Notes: generated by a model not told the origin, from the sequence alone. Numbered from the stretch's first letter, positions 38,494 to 48,534 are shown. The stretch: 64,000 nucleotides of DNA from an uncultured Gammaproteobacteria bacterium (GCA_965230895.1 OZ246394.1:441316-505315), one strand, 5' to 3'. Made by a program: numbers and translations.

Positions 38494-40713
38494 TTATACT
38501 TTTACTAAATCCTTTTCAGCACGTTTGAGTGATACAGCATTAATAGCAACAATTATTGAGGATAAACTCATTAGAAGGGCAGCCCATTCTGGACGTAGCG
38601 CAATTTTGAATGCCGGATATAAGACCCCAGCAGCTACAGGAATTGCTAAGAGATTGTAAATTGAAGCCCAGAAAAGATTTTGTTTCATTTTGCGTACTGT
38701 TGCTTTAGAAAGTGTAATTGCTCGTAAAATATCAGTTGGATCAGATTTCATAAGCACTACTTTAGCTGTCTCAATTGCGACATCTGTACCAGCTCCGATA
38801 GCAATACCAATATTTGCTTGAGCCAATGCAGGAGCATCATTGACACCATCACCCACCATAGCAACAAATTTCCCTTCATTTTGAAGTTCTTTAACGTACT
38901 TTGCTTTATCTTGAGGCATGACATCTGCAAATACGCGTTGTATGCCGAGCTTTTTAGCGACTATTTCAGCCGTTTTCTCGTTATCACCAGTAATCATTGC
39001 AGTTTCAATACCTAAAGCATTCATCCTCTCTATAGCTTTTCTTGAGGATGCTTTGATTGGATCGGAAGCACCTACAACTGCTTTAATCTTTTTATCAACT
39101 GCAAGTACCATAATCGTTTGTCCATCTCTTAATAATGCATCAATATCATCTTTAAGCGGTTGTATATCAATGTTATTCTTCTCCATCAACTTAACAGTTC
39201 CGACAAGAACTGCCTTCCCATTAACGAGTGCCTTTACACCAAGTCCAGAAAGGTTTTCGAACTTTTCAACTTTTGCCTGTATTTTTACATTGCGTTTTTT
39301 TGCTGCTTCTAAAATAGCATTACTTAAAGGATGTGAAGATTTCTCCTCAGCTGCAGCCATTAAATGCAACATCTCCATTTCATCAACTCCTTTAAGCGTA
39401 ACAATTTTGGTAACTTGGGGCTTTCCATCAGTAAGTGTTCCTGTTTTATCAAGGACAACAGCTGCAATTTTTGATACTTGCTCAAGGGTTGGTGCGTCTT
39501 TAATAAGAATATTATGTTTAGCACCCAATCCTGTTCCAACTGCAACAGCCGTTGGTGTAGCTAATCCTAATGCATCGGGGCAAGCGATAACAACTGCTGA
39601 TATTGCAAAGGTAAGAGCAAACAGCAAAGGTTGTCCAAGAATAAAATACCAAACTACAAATGTTAGTAAACCACTTCCTACAGCAAGAACAACTAAATAG
39701 CCTGCAAAACGATCAGCCAAACGTTGTCCTGGAGCTTTTGAATTTTGTGCAGTCTCTACCATTTGAACGATCTGTGCCAATGCAGTGTCGTTACCAACCT
39801 TTGTAGCCTTAAATCGTACAGATCCTGTTTGATTAATAGATCCTCCAATAACTATATCTCCCTTTTTTCTCGTTACAGGAAGGGACTCTCCTGTAACTAA
39901 AGACTCGTCAATTGAAGTTTCGCCTTCAATAATCTCTCCATCTACTGGTACTTTATCTCCGGGTTTCAAAACGAGAATGTCTCCGAGTTGTACTTCAGAA
40001 GTAGGAAGCATTTTCTCTTTACCATTTTTAAGAACTCTAGCTTGCGGAGGTACGAGATTAAAGAGCGCCTGCAAAGCATCTGTTGTACCTCTGCGTGATT
40101 TCATTTCCATCCAGTGCCCAAAAAGTACAAAGGTAATTAACATCGCAGCCGCTTCATAAAATGTCTCATGACTTCCCATTAGAGTCAGCAGTACACTAAA
40201 AAGGTATGCAGCAGTAATACCCACGGCAATCAAAACTGACATACCCAACTTTTTAGTTTTAAATTCAAAGTATGATGAGTAAAGGAATAACCATCCTCCG
40301 TAAAAGAATACAGGTGTGGTTAACAAAAATAATATCCAAGGAGTTGGAATTGGTTCAGGAAGTGTCCAACCGAGTAACATTTGCCCCATAGAGTAAGCAA
40401 GTATAGGAAGAGTTAACAGTAGAGAAAAGAAAAATTTATTGCGAATATCTTCCTCCATAAGTTTTGCCATTTCACGACCTGTTAGTCCTGTATGATCCAT
40501 ACCCATTGTCATAGTTAAACCCATTTTTTGCTTTTCCCAAAATGACATCTCGGAAACTGGCTTCATATGGTGCATGCCATACTGTCCATCTTCTTTCTTC
40601 TCTTCAACCAATGCCATGCCGCATAGTGGACAAACACCTGGTTTGTTTTGTTGGACTTCTGGATGCATTGGACATCGGTAGCTCTTTATAAAAACTGTCG
40701 AATTATGTTTCAT
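38494..40713 (-). CDS. Copper-translocating P1B-type ATPase
   Basis: YRCPMHPEV heavy-metal-binding domain; TGES, CPD, DKTGT, HP, GDGVND, YN and MxxSS motifs. Confidence 0.9.
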   Translation of the reverse strand: MKHNSTVFIKSYRCPMHPEVQQNKPGVCPLCGMALVEEKKEDGQYGMHHMKPVSEMSFWEKQKMGLTMTMGMDHTGLTGREMAKLMEEDIRNKFFFSLLLTLPILAYSMGQMLLGWTLPEPIPTPWILFLLTTPVFFYGGWLFLYSSYFEFKTKKLGMSVLIAVGITAAYLFSVLLTLMGSHETFYEAAAMLITFVLFGHWMEMKSRRGTTDALQALFNLVPPQARVLKNGKEKMLPTSEVQLGDILVLKPGDKVPVDGEIIEGETSIDESLVTGESLPVTRKKGDIVIGGSINQTGSVRFKATKVGNDTALAQIVQMVETAQNSKAPGQRLADRFAGYLVVLAVGSGLLTFVVWYFILGQPLLFALTFAISAVVIACPDALGLATPTAVAVGTGLGAKHNILIKDAPTLEQVSKIAAVVLDKTGTLTDGKPQVTKIVTLKGVDEMEMLHLMAAAEEKSSHPLSNAILEAAKKRNVKIQAKVEKFENLSGLGVKALVNGKAVLVGTVKLMEKNNIDIQPLKDDIDALLRDGQTIMVLAVDKKIKAVVGASDPIKASSRKAIERMNALGIETAMITGDNEKTAEIVAKKLGIQRVFADVMPQDKAKYVKELQNEGKFVAMVGDGVNDAPALAQANIGIAIGAGTDVAIETAKVVLMKSDPTDILRAITLSKATVRKMKQNLFWASIYNLLAIPVAAGVLYPAFKIALRPEWAALLMSLSSIIVAINAVSLKRAEKDLVKV

Positions 40714-40787
40714 ACTATTTTTGCTCTGTATATCAGTGATCTGCTTAGAAGAAGTGCATATGATGCACCTCTCCCAAAAAGATTACT

Positions 40788-41804
40788 TTAGTGGCCACTA
40801 TGACCATCATTACCTAATGGTGCTTCGATATCCACGAGTAATTGTTCTATTTTGCTTATTTCTTGATTTTGAGTTGAAATTATATTGTTTGCTAATGTCT
40901 TTATTTCAGCTCGTTCTGTTTTCTTTAAAACCTCTTGTGCCATTGCAATAGCACCATTATGATGTTCAATCATTCCTTGAAGATATGTTTCTTCTGCTTC
41001 ATGAGATCCTTTACCTTTAATGCTCTGCATCATAGGTTGATATTGACCATTATCTTCGTATTCTGCATCGAACCAGGCTTTATGCCAGCCTTTCATATCT
41101 GCAACCTCTTTCTTTTGTGCATCAATAATACCTTGTGCTAAGGCTTCTATTTCTGGATTGGTAGTTACCGTTAGAATTTCTTCTGAAGTGGTAATAGCTT
41201 CTTCATGATGCGGTATCATGCCTTCAATAAAGGATTTATCATCCGTTACTGTAGCAGCATGAGAACTATGATCAGCAACACTTGCCGGCATCCTTGCGCT
41301 TTCATTTCCATGACCGTGCCCGGATGAAGTATCTATTGTCTTTGCGTAAGCTTGTAAGCCTACAAAAAGCAATCCTACAATTATTACAGAAAATATTGTA
41401 AGCTTTAGTAACTGTTTGAGCTGTAAATGAATATTACTTTTCAATAAATACCCAACCAAAGCAACAATGCCACCTAAAGGAATTAGGTATGTTGCATACT
41501 CTGGAAACTCTTCAAAGTGTTGCACACCTCCTGAAATCATTCCAATTCCTAAAGAAAGAATAAGTGAAAAGAAAATTACTTTGGCAAGTCCTTCTTCCTT
41601 AAAATCTTTCTTGTTAAAAATTGCTTCGTTAATTGTAGAAGCTGCAACAAAGATTATCGCTCCGATTATACCGAGAACTAAAAATCTTGGTGGATCAATT
41701 TGAAAATGAACTATTGCTCCTGAAAGAAATCCAGTACCAATAAAGAGTGAAATATATACTAAAAACTGAATTAAAATACTACGTAAGCGTTTTGTATTCT
41801 CCAT
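40788..41804 (-). CDS. Membrane protein with C-terminal DUF305 (CopM-like) metal-binding domain
   Basis: 5 TM; His-rich linker; two MIxHH..AI repeats; AAAGGAGGTG RBS. Confidence 0.8.
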   Translation of the reverse strand: MENTKRLRSILIQFLVYISLFIGTGFLSGAIVHFQIDPPRFLVLGIIGAIIFVAASTINEAIFNKKDFKEEGLAKVIFFSLILSLGIGMISGGVQHFEEFPEYATYLIPLGGIVALVGYLLKSNIHLQLKQLLKLTIFSVIIVGLLFVGLQAYAKTIDTSSGHGHGNESARMPASVADHSSHAATVTDDKSFIEGMIPHHEEAITTSEEILTVTTNPEIEALAQGIIDAQKKEVADMKGWHKAWFDAEYEDNGQYQPMMQSIKGKGSHEAEETYLQGMIEHHNGAIAMAQEVLKKTERAEIKTLANNIISTQNQEISKIEQLLVDIEAPLGNDGHSGH

Positions 41805-41824
41805 TGAAATCACCTCCTTTCAAT

Positions 41825-42097
41825 TTAAGACTTTTTCTTAAATACCTGCATTACTTCATTGATCGTTTCTTCTTTATTGCCTTTGCTTATCGCATCGGCA
41901 ACACAAGTCTTTAAATGGTTCTCTAGGATAACGTTTCCAGTTTCTTTCAGACCGCTCTGTACTGCTTGGAGTTGATGCATTGTATCAATACAATATGCAT
42001 CTGTTTCCACCATAGAAATAACCTTATCGAGGTGTCCTCTTGCGATCCTTAATCTGTGAGCAATGCGCTCTTGTTGATCTTTTGGTTGGTATGCCAT
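41825..42097 (-). CDS. csoR: CsoR/RcnR family metal-sensing repressor
   Basis: RL.I..GHL, YC.D, HL.TC ligand signature. Confidence 0.85.
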   Translation of the reverse strand: MAYQPKDQQERIAHRLRIARGHLDKVISMVETDAYCIDTMHQLQAVQSGLKETGNVILENHLKTCVADAISKGNKEETINEVMQVFKKKS

Positions 42098-42119
42098 ATA
42101 TCCCCCCTATGGGGATATA
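42097..42119. promoter_or_regulatory. CsoR-type operator
   Basis: tatatcccc-N5-ggggatata palindrome with C/G tracts at the csoR start. Confidence 0.75.
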
Positions 42120-42207
42120 GTACCATAAAGAAGTTTTTTGTCAATATAATGAGAATATAGAAGTTTATATATTACAATTCTTAGATAAAAATTCTATGAG
42201 AAAGATG

Positions 42208-42840
42208 CTAACCCCTCCGTAATAAGCCTGAAAATTTTCCACGTACTTCAAAAGTATCGGTAGGTACTGTAAAAGGTTTGAGAGACGGGTTTCTTGGAAT
42301 AAGAGTAACATTACCATCTTTCATACCTCCATATCTTTTTAATGTTACTTCACCGTCTGAGACTGCTACAATAATATCACCTACCTGAACCTGAGATTGC
42401 AATTGTTGAATTAAAATTATATCGCCATCCCAAATTTCATCACTTATCATTGAGTCACCACTTACTTTGAGTGCATAACAGGTGGATGGACTTGACACCA
42501 TACTTCTAGGAACTGTTATCATTTGTCGTTCATCTTCAAACGGTTCAGATGGTGAACCTGCATGTATTATTCCCAATAAAGGTATGTTTACTGTGTTTTC
42601 AGTATAGCTTGGTGGTTTAAGTCCTCTTGATTGGAAACTTGCTTTTTTCAAATAACCTTTCTTTTTAATTAATTCGATGTGTTCATGTATAGTAGGTGTG
42701 GAATTCCCAAAGTGCTTAGCAATCTCCTGTAGAGACGGAGAAAATCCATGCTGCTGATGAAATGCAAAAACAAAATCTATTATTGCTTTTTGCTTGGGGG
42801 TCAGTGGACGTATGTGTTGGTTATTGACAAGCTTATCCAT
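42208..42840 (-). CDS. lexA: LexA-family repressor
   Basis: LT.KQ..I...SPS..EI wHTH; Ala-Gly cleavage site (HAG); catalytic Ser (GDSM) and Lys (TLKR). Confidence 0.85.
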   Translation of the reverse strand: MDKLVNNQHIRPLTPKQKAIIDFVFAFHQQHGFSPSLQEIAKHFGNSTPTIHEHIELIKKKGYLKKASFQSRGLKPPSYTENTVNIPLLGIIHAGSPSEPFEDERQMITVPRSMVSSPSTCYALKVSGDSMISDEIWDGDIILIQQLQSQVQVGDIIVAVSDGEVTLKRYGGMKDGNVTLIPRNPSLKPFTVPTDTFEVRGKFSGLLRRG

Positions 42841-42847
42841 AAGGTAT

Positions 42848-42876
42848 ATTATAGCCCTAATCTACCCCTAATACAA
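42848..42876 (-). promoter_or_regulatory. lexA promoter with ATTAGGG direct repeats
   Basis: Minus strand TTGTAT-17 bp-TATAAT, 7 nt before ATG; ATTAGGG occurs twice at 11-bp period. Confidence 0.55.
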
Positions 42877-42964
42877 GGGGGACAAAAAAACCGCTCGACA
42901 GCAGTTTTTTGTGAGTTTTAGCCTCATTCATAGGCTATCACATGCTGCTTCAGAGGTCAATAGC

Positions 42965-43927
42965 ATGAATTATACTGACCAAGCAATTAGTGATCTTCTT
43001 AAAGCTATGGCTCGCACGAGCCTCAGCAACTTCGTTAGCGAAATAACTGTAAAGAAATCCGAGATAGAACAAGCTTCAAAGAGTTATGGCTACATTTCAG
43101 AAGTCTTGAAGACAAAAGCAGAGGAAGAAAAAATCCCCGCATTAATTCCATATCCTACATTTTTGATAGGTTCTTACCCCCGAGGAACAAAGATCTCACC
43201 ATTGAATGATATCGACATTTTTCTTGTAGCACACGCTTTTGGGACTTCATATGTTAAATGGAGCGACGGGATACATTGGTTTCACGGTGATGTCGAGAAA
43301 TTAAAGAAGTTTTCTCAAGATGGATACACAGTAAGCTCTGTTTCGGTACTGAATTCCATAAAGAAAGCACTTGAAGAGACATATTCTTCAGACATCAGTA
43401 GAAATCAGCAAGCAGTGACTGTATACCTCGAATCATATGGAATAACAATTGATATTGTACCTGCTGTCAGAATTAAAGATGAAGATTTTTTCATCATTCC
43501 TAGCGGCAATGGAAACCCAACTTGGAAATTTTCTCACCCACTACAAGACGCTTTACTACTGGATGAGATACACCTGGCACATAACAATACAATAAAACAG
43601 ACCTTGAAGATAGCAAAATACTGGAACAGAGAGCACAACCATAATAAGCTTAAGTCTTATCATATGGAAGCAGCTGCTTACCACATCTTTGGAAGCTTTT
43701 CAAATCCTACCGCAACAATTCTGGAGTCCTGTCTTACGTACTTCAGTCAGCTTACTTCATACCTGTACTACTGTTCTGATCCTACTGGGATGTCTGAGCC
43801 GATCAGTGGGTATTTGTCAGAGGATGTATTGGATCGCTTGAACCATGAAGTGAGGATCATGGAAGTGCAAAATGCAGCGGCGAAAGGATCTGAAGAATTT
43901 ATTAAATTTTTGAGGAAAGAGAAATAA
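42965..43927 (+). CDS. SMODS/CD-NTase-like nucleotidyltransferase
   Basis: hGS...DhD motif (IGSYPRGTKISPLNDIDIF); third Asp in IDIVPA; W..SHP, K.W, L.SY..E; start ATG 42965. Confidence 0.85.
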   Translation: MNYTDQAISDLLKAMARTSLSNFVSEITVKKSEIEQASKSYGYISEVLKTKAEEEKIPALIPYPTFLIGSYPRGTKISPLNDIDIFLVAHAFGTSYVKWSDGIHWFHGDVEKLKKFSQDGYTVSSVSVLNSIKKALEETYSSDISRNQQAVTVYLESYGITIDIVPAVRIKDEDFFIIPSGNGNPTWKFSHPLQDALLLDEIHLAHNNTIKQTLKIAKYWNREHNHNKLKSYHMEAAAYHIFGSFSNPTATILESCLTYFSQLTSYLYYCSDPTGMSEPISGYLSEDVLDRLNHEVRIMEVQNAAAKGSEEFIKFLRKEK

Positions 43928-43930
43928 AGC

Positions 43931-44410
43931 ATGACAGATCATAAACTACTAAAACAAATGGCTGAAGAAGCTATCTACTCCGCAAAAGGACACTTTAAAT
44001 CAAGTGATTGGATTGGGTACTGTTTGTTTCTACTGATAGTAGTTCCATTTATCACTTCTAGCGTCATACTGATCTTCGACGTTGATGATTTTTGGACAAG
44101 AGTATTGGCATTTGTTGGAGCAGTGTTCTCTATGCTGGCGATAGTTTATTCGTTTACTTCCAATCAGCCTCAAGCTAAAAAAAGGATAGAACAACATATG
44201 ACTTTGGGAAATCAGTATCTCGGTATTTATTCAGAGATAAGGGAATTGGTTATGACAAATAGTCAGACACCTACAAAAATACAAAGATTACGCAAAGATC
44301 TCCATGAACTTAATGTGAAGACAAGCAATTGCAAAATTACTTTTTTTGGAAGGTGGCATTCGAAGATAGTTATACATAACGAAGTTGATACAAAATGGTT
44401 ATATGAATAA
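43931..44410 (+). CDS. SLATT-type two-TM effector
   Basis: EE..YS.KGHF N-terminus, two TM helices, H...GN.YL..Y; directly follows the CD-NTase. Confidence 0.75.
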   Translation: MTDHKLLKQMAEEAIYSAKGHFKSSDWIGYCLFLLIVVPFITSSVILIFDVDDFWTRVLAFVGAVFSMLAIVYSFTSNQPQAKKRIEQHMTLGNQYLGIYSEIRELVMTNSQTPTKIQRLRKDLHELNVKTSNCKITFFGRWHSKIVIHNEVDTKWLYE

Positions 44411-44428
44411 CGGAAGGGGGTGATAATC

Positions 44429-44638
44429 ATGGCAGCTAAAAAACCAATTAATCAAGGTAAACCATGGACAGGCGTTCAGGAAACAAATCTAAAAAAACTT
44501 GCTAAAGGAAATACTCCTACAGCTCTTATTGGATATAAGCTTGGAAGAACAGAAAGTTCTATACAATCTAAAGCTCAGGAACTGAATATATCTCTAAAAC
44601 CGGTTAACAAATCACCGTACAATCGGTTAAAGAAATAA
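44429..44638 (+). CDS. Small basic HTH/Myb-like protein
   Basis: GKPWT...L..L....P...IG.KLGRT..SI..KA; GGAAGGGGGTG RBS. Confidence 0.7.
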   Translation: MAAKKPINQGKPWTGVQETNLKKLAKGNTPTALIGYKLGRTESSIQSKAQELNISLKPVNKSPYNRLKK

Positions 44639-44698
44639 TTATGTTCGCCTTTAAATATAACTGCTGACGCTATAGTAAACTTTGCTAAAGTGCGATAT

Positions 44699-44746
44699 AA
44701 GTGTTTGAACTTCCGTAACTCGGGGGTACACAAGGCTATTTTTATT
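44699..44746. repeat. Internal attachment site (P.P'-like tandem junction)
   Basis: 44699-44729 is 28/31 identical to 48535-48565; the right half (gggggtac..a..g.tattttta) resembles the sequence after the tRNA. Confidence 0.8.
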
Positions 44747-44889
44747 ATTTTTCTTCAACACTTTTTAACTTCTGAGGCTAAAGTGTGTTTGAGTCCCTTT
44801 AGGTAGTATTCAGATTTATAAGTTCGAATATATATACTCTGAGTCCTCTATATTGAATATACTTAACTCTCATGATATACTTCCTTCTT

Positions 44890-46128
44890 ATGCCTGAAGG
44901 AAATAGAACACATTATTTACAATCAGAACCATATAAACCCGGAGATACTAATTTGAAGGTTCAGTTTTTAAGTAGAGATTTACCTATAGAAAGTACAGGT
45001 GGTAGTAGTACTTATAGACTAGATTTTCTGCGATATTTAAATATGATGGGTTGTAACATTGAGTATAGCCTTTTTAAACATAAGCTTGCTCCACCAAATG
45101 AAGACAGCAACGGTTCACAATCACTTGCAGATATTGCAAATATTGTAACATTAAACTCTGGTGAACAAGCTCCAGTATGGAATGGATTACCTACTTCTAA
45201 AGAAAAAGATTTTTTCTTAGAAAGATTTCATAACTTTAAACCCGATGTTATTGTTATGGATAGAGTATGGTTGGGAGAACTGTTTGATCTTCTACCTAAC
45301 GAGTCTAAAACCATTAAATCAATACTGACACATGATGTTATCTACCAAAGATATGACGCTTTCAGAGCTGCTGGGCTAGAACCTTTCAAAAAAACGGGTA
45401 ACCTATCACACCCAGTTTGGGATAAAGATCTAGAATCACAACAACTTAGAAGGTCAGATATCATACTCGCCATTCAAAATGAAGATAAGAATAATTTCAC
45501 TCAAATGGCTCCAAATTCAGAAGTTATAAATATGCCAATGGCAGCTTCACTCCAACCTTTGAATCCAGACTTACAAGTACCTGGCAGAGTTTTATTTGTA
45601 GGGGGAAGTGCAAGCCACAATGTTGATGGTTTACAATGGTTTTTTGAAGATGTTTGGGATAAAGTCACAGATGAAGTACCTAAAGCGAGCCTACATGTAT
45701 GTGGAGATATCATTAAAGACTTCCAAGGGGACTATTACACAAGTACAGAATTTAGAGGTAGAGTGCCTGATCTATCAAATGAATATTCCCAAGCTGAAGT
45801 ATGTATTGTACCTGTAAGAGTAGGAAGTGGATTAAAAATAAAGCTAGTCGAAGCACTTGCTCACAGTAGAACTGCTGTATCAACAGAAATAGGTGTACAA
45901 GGAGTTGAAGATGTAATTGGCAATGGTGTACTTTTAGCAAATTCTGCTGATGACTTTGCAGAAACAGTAACTAATACCTTAAATAATCCTGTAAACCGAA
46001 AAATAAATGAAATAAAAGGTAGACAATATGCTCAAACGAAATTATCACCTGACATTTCCTACGGTAAATTCGTGCAAACGATTTATGAACGATTAACTTA
46101 TAATGAGGAAGGAAGTCATAATGGCTGA
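44890..46128 (+). CDS. Glycosyltransferase family 4-like
   Basis: THDV, FVGG...HN.DGL.WF, GSGLKIKLVEAL. Confidence 0.8.
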   Translation: MPEGNRTHYLQSEPYKPGDTNLKVQFLSRDLPIESTGGSSTYRLDFLRYLNMMGCNIEYSLFKHKLAPPNEDSNGSQSLADIANIVTLNSGEQAPVWNGLPTSKEKDFFLERFHNFKPDVIVMDRVWLGELFDLLPNESKTIKSILTHDVIYQRYDAFRAAGLEPFKKTGNLSHPVWDKDLESQQLRRSDIILAIQNEDKNNFTQMAPNSEVINMPMAASLQPLNPDLQVPGRVLFVGGSASHNVDGLQWFFEDVWDKVTDEVPKASLHVCGDIIKDFQGDYYTSTEFRGRVPDLSNEYSQAEVCIVPVRVGSGLKIKLVEALAHSRTAVSTEIGVQGVEDVIGNGVLLANSADDFAETVTNTLNNPVNRKINEIKGRQYAQTKLSPDISYGKFVQTIYERLTYNEEGSHNG

Positions 46129-46981
46129 AAAAGACATACTACAGTTAAATCCAAAAGATTTTAAAGGTGGAGTTGAGCTTTGGGGAGTTTTACCACCATT
46201 TTATGATTCATCAAAAAAAGGAGTTAAAACTGGTATTCATGTACATGCATGGGATGAAATTGATGGGGTGAAAGCGATTGATAGGACTTTTAAAGAAGTT
46301 GAGATATTGTCTACAGTTAATAATAAAGAAAAAACGATTGGTATAAATTATGCTGATGCTGTTGACTACTTTGCGAAGAAAATTCTTGATTCAAAATTAA
46401 ATACAAATAGTTTTACAACACATTATGAGCATAGCTGTGAGAACTGTGTCCATGAAAAAGATAATAAACCAAATGCTCATGATAATCCAGTATTTTTAGT
46501 TCAAGAATTGTTTGATTCACGCATAGATTTAGCAGACATTTTAGAAGATGAGCAAACAATTAGTATAGATCATCGTAGTTACAGAAGAGGAATAACTCTT
46601 TGGGGCTCTAGTCCTGCAATCTTAAGAACTTCGCCAAAAGAATTGAGTGAAAAAGCAGGAATACATCTACATGCTTATAATGACGATGGTGAAAGAGAGA
46701 TTGATGGAACTTTTGGAACAGTAATCGTTAATAACGAGATGATAGACAATACAAGTGCACAACATTATATGGCTCAGAATGAGATTCCTTCATTACGCTC
46801 TCATCTTGAAGGATTAAAGTGTAATGGTTGCAATTTCTCACATTTCGACAAAGGATCAAGAAGCAGTCATGCACATACGTCTCATAACTGTGAAAATTGT
46901 GGGACTATCTTTGAATCTAATCCTACTATCAGTAATCCAGTTTTTTCTGTAATTGACTTTTTGGAGAAAAATAAACTTTAA
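46121..46981 (+). CDS. Uncharacterised protein with a duplicated HxH domain and Cys/His Zn motifs
   Basis: Two repeats of G..LWG..P...GIH.HA....ID.TF..V; CENC, CNGC..H and H.CENC. Confidence 0.65.
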   Translation: MAEKDILQLNPKDFKGGVELWGVLPPFYDSSKKGVKTGIHVHAWDEIDGVKAIDRTFKEVEILSTVNNKEKTIGINYADAVDYFAKKILDSKLNTNSFTTHYEHSCENCVHEKDNKPNAHDNPVFLVQELFDSRIDLADILEDEQTISIDHRSYRRGITLWGSSPAILRTSPKELSEKAGIHLHAYNDDGEREIDGTFGTVIVNNEMIDNTSAQHYMAQNEIPSLRSHLEGLKCNGCNFSHFDKGSRSSHAHTSHNCENCGTIFESNPTISNPVFSVIDFLEKNKL

Positions 46982-47607
46982 ACGTTGTTAATTCCTTCGG
47001 CCTCTTCTATAAAAAATTCTGTTCCATCAGATTTCAGAACAAAGTAACCTGTATTTTCAATGCATCCACTAGGTAATTCTTCATACTTTGCAAATCCCAA
47101 ATGTACCAACAGTATTTTCATCATGTTTCCATGACTTGTTATTAGAATATTTTTGTCAGGGTATGCCATTGCTGTTTCTCTAAGAAATAACATTACTCTA
47201 TTTATGACTTCTTCATCATTTTCCATGTCTGGAACAATTCTTGCTTTCAATCTTTCTTGATACGTTAATTCATAAAATTTTTTATATTTCTCAAGTAATT
47301 TCCCTTCTAACTTTTTACCTTCTAGTTCTCCATAAAATCTTTCCCGAAGTAATTTTGTAGTTTCTATTACTAATTTATTATTTGATGCTATTTGTTTGGC
47401 AGTCAATTTAGCCCTTTGAAGATCTGAAGAAAATATTGCGTGGAAACGAATGTTTGAAAACTTATTTGCAAGAGTTTCTGCTTGAATTAACCCCTTCTCA
47501 GAAAGTGAAGGGTCTCTATGTCCTGACAAAACTCCCAAGATCTGGTCTTCGGAATGACCATGTCTAACAATATAAAAAGTGCAATATGAATTATTAGTAT
47601 CGCTCAT
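46978..47607 (-). CDS. Histidine phosphatase (phosphoglycerate mutase-like)
   Basis: RHG, SSDL.RA..TA, LRER.YG, SHG. Confidence 0.9.
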   Translation of the reverse strand: MSDTNNSYCTFYIVRHGHSEDQILGVLSGHRDPSLSEKGLIQAETLANKFSNIRFHAIFSSDLQRAKLTAKQIASNNKLVIETTKLLRERFYGELEGKKLEGKLLEKYKKFYELTYQERLKARIVPDMENDEEVINRVMLFLRETAMAYPDKNILITSHGNMMKILLVHLGFAKYEELPSGCIENTGYFVLKSDGTEFFIEEAEGINNV

Positions 47608-47656
47608 CAATTTAATTATATTATTTAAAACTTTATATACAAAATATCACAACTTA

Positions 47657-48439
47657 TCATACTGCCAAGTAAAAAATCGGAGATTTTTTTAATTGTTTAT
47701 GTAACGGAGCTGCCATATGAAAGATTGGGTTTCCACCTCGTGTAAAGTCTTTCCAGATAATATCTGCTGGGTTTACTGGGGTATGTGGCCCATGTTCATG
47801 CCCATCAATAATAGCTGTCCAGTTAGTTCTATCTAAGGTACTTTCAAATATAGGAGGTAACGCATCATAAGCCACGGAGTCATCATTAGGCACTCCTCTT
47901 ATTGGTTTTATTGGGTAATGTTGAACCCATATTTTTTCTTGGGATGTTATATTTGAAATTGCTTTTTCAAATTTGGGATATACTTTCTGGAAGGTTAGTT
48001 CATCATATTTCTCTTTTCTTTGTTTGCCTTTAAGATTCCTTAAACTATTATAATCATCTCGTCCTATGCTAGTACTCATACCTGCTATACCTATATCTTT
48101 AATGCCATTACTTATTTTATATTCATTTCCATGCAACATTGTAACTCCAGCTTCCCCTTCTAAAATTCTGCTTATTTCAGCTTCATTTCCAGCATCTTCG
48201 TCATGGTTACCTAATACTGCATAAGATTTATCACCAATACCAATTGAATTCAATATTAATGCCAAGTCAAATGCTTGTTCAGTTGTACCCCTATGGGTTA
48301 AATCCCCTGACATAATCAGTCCATCCACATTATTCATCTTGTTAAATATGTCCAGCCACTGATTTTTTGAATAATATCTATTATTATTCTCTACTCCAAT
48401 ATGCAAATCACTTACTGCTGCCAGTTTTAAAGTTTCCAT
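47657..48439 (-). CDS. Calcineurin-like metallophosphoesterase
   Basis: SDLH, GDL, GNHD, H and GHEH motifs. Confidence 0.9.
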   Translation of the reverse strand: METLKLAAVSDLHIGVENNNRYYSKNQWLDIFNKMNNVDGLIMSGDLTHRGTTEQAFDLALILNSIGIGDKSYAVLGNHDEDAGNEAEISRILEGEAGVTMLHGNEYKISNGIKDIGIAGMSTSIGRDDYNSLRNLKGKQRKEKYDELTFQKVYPKFEKAISNITSQEKIWVQHYPIKPIRGVPNDDSVAYDALPPIFESTLDRTNWTAIIDGHEHGPHTPVNPADIIWKDFTRGGNPIFHMAAPLHKQLKKSPIFYLAV

Positions 48440-48534
48440 AACTAATATATATTATATCAGAACATATCAATAAACACTATAAAGTCCTAGATAAATGAGT
48501 AAAGCTGCTGATATGCTACATTAATCGAACCTAA

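Noticed and set aside
38918-39700. 260-aa plus-strand ORF (and similar ORFs at 3039-3521, 21357-21728, 29196-29597, 53344-53679, 62007-62393)
   Set aside because: Antisense shadows of well-supported genes, with no motifs or start signals.
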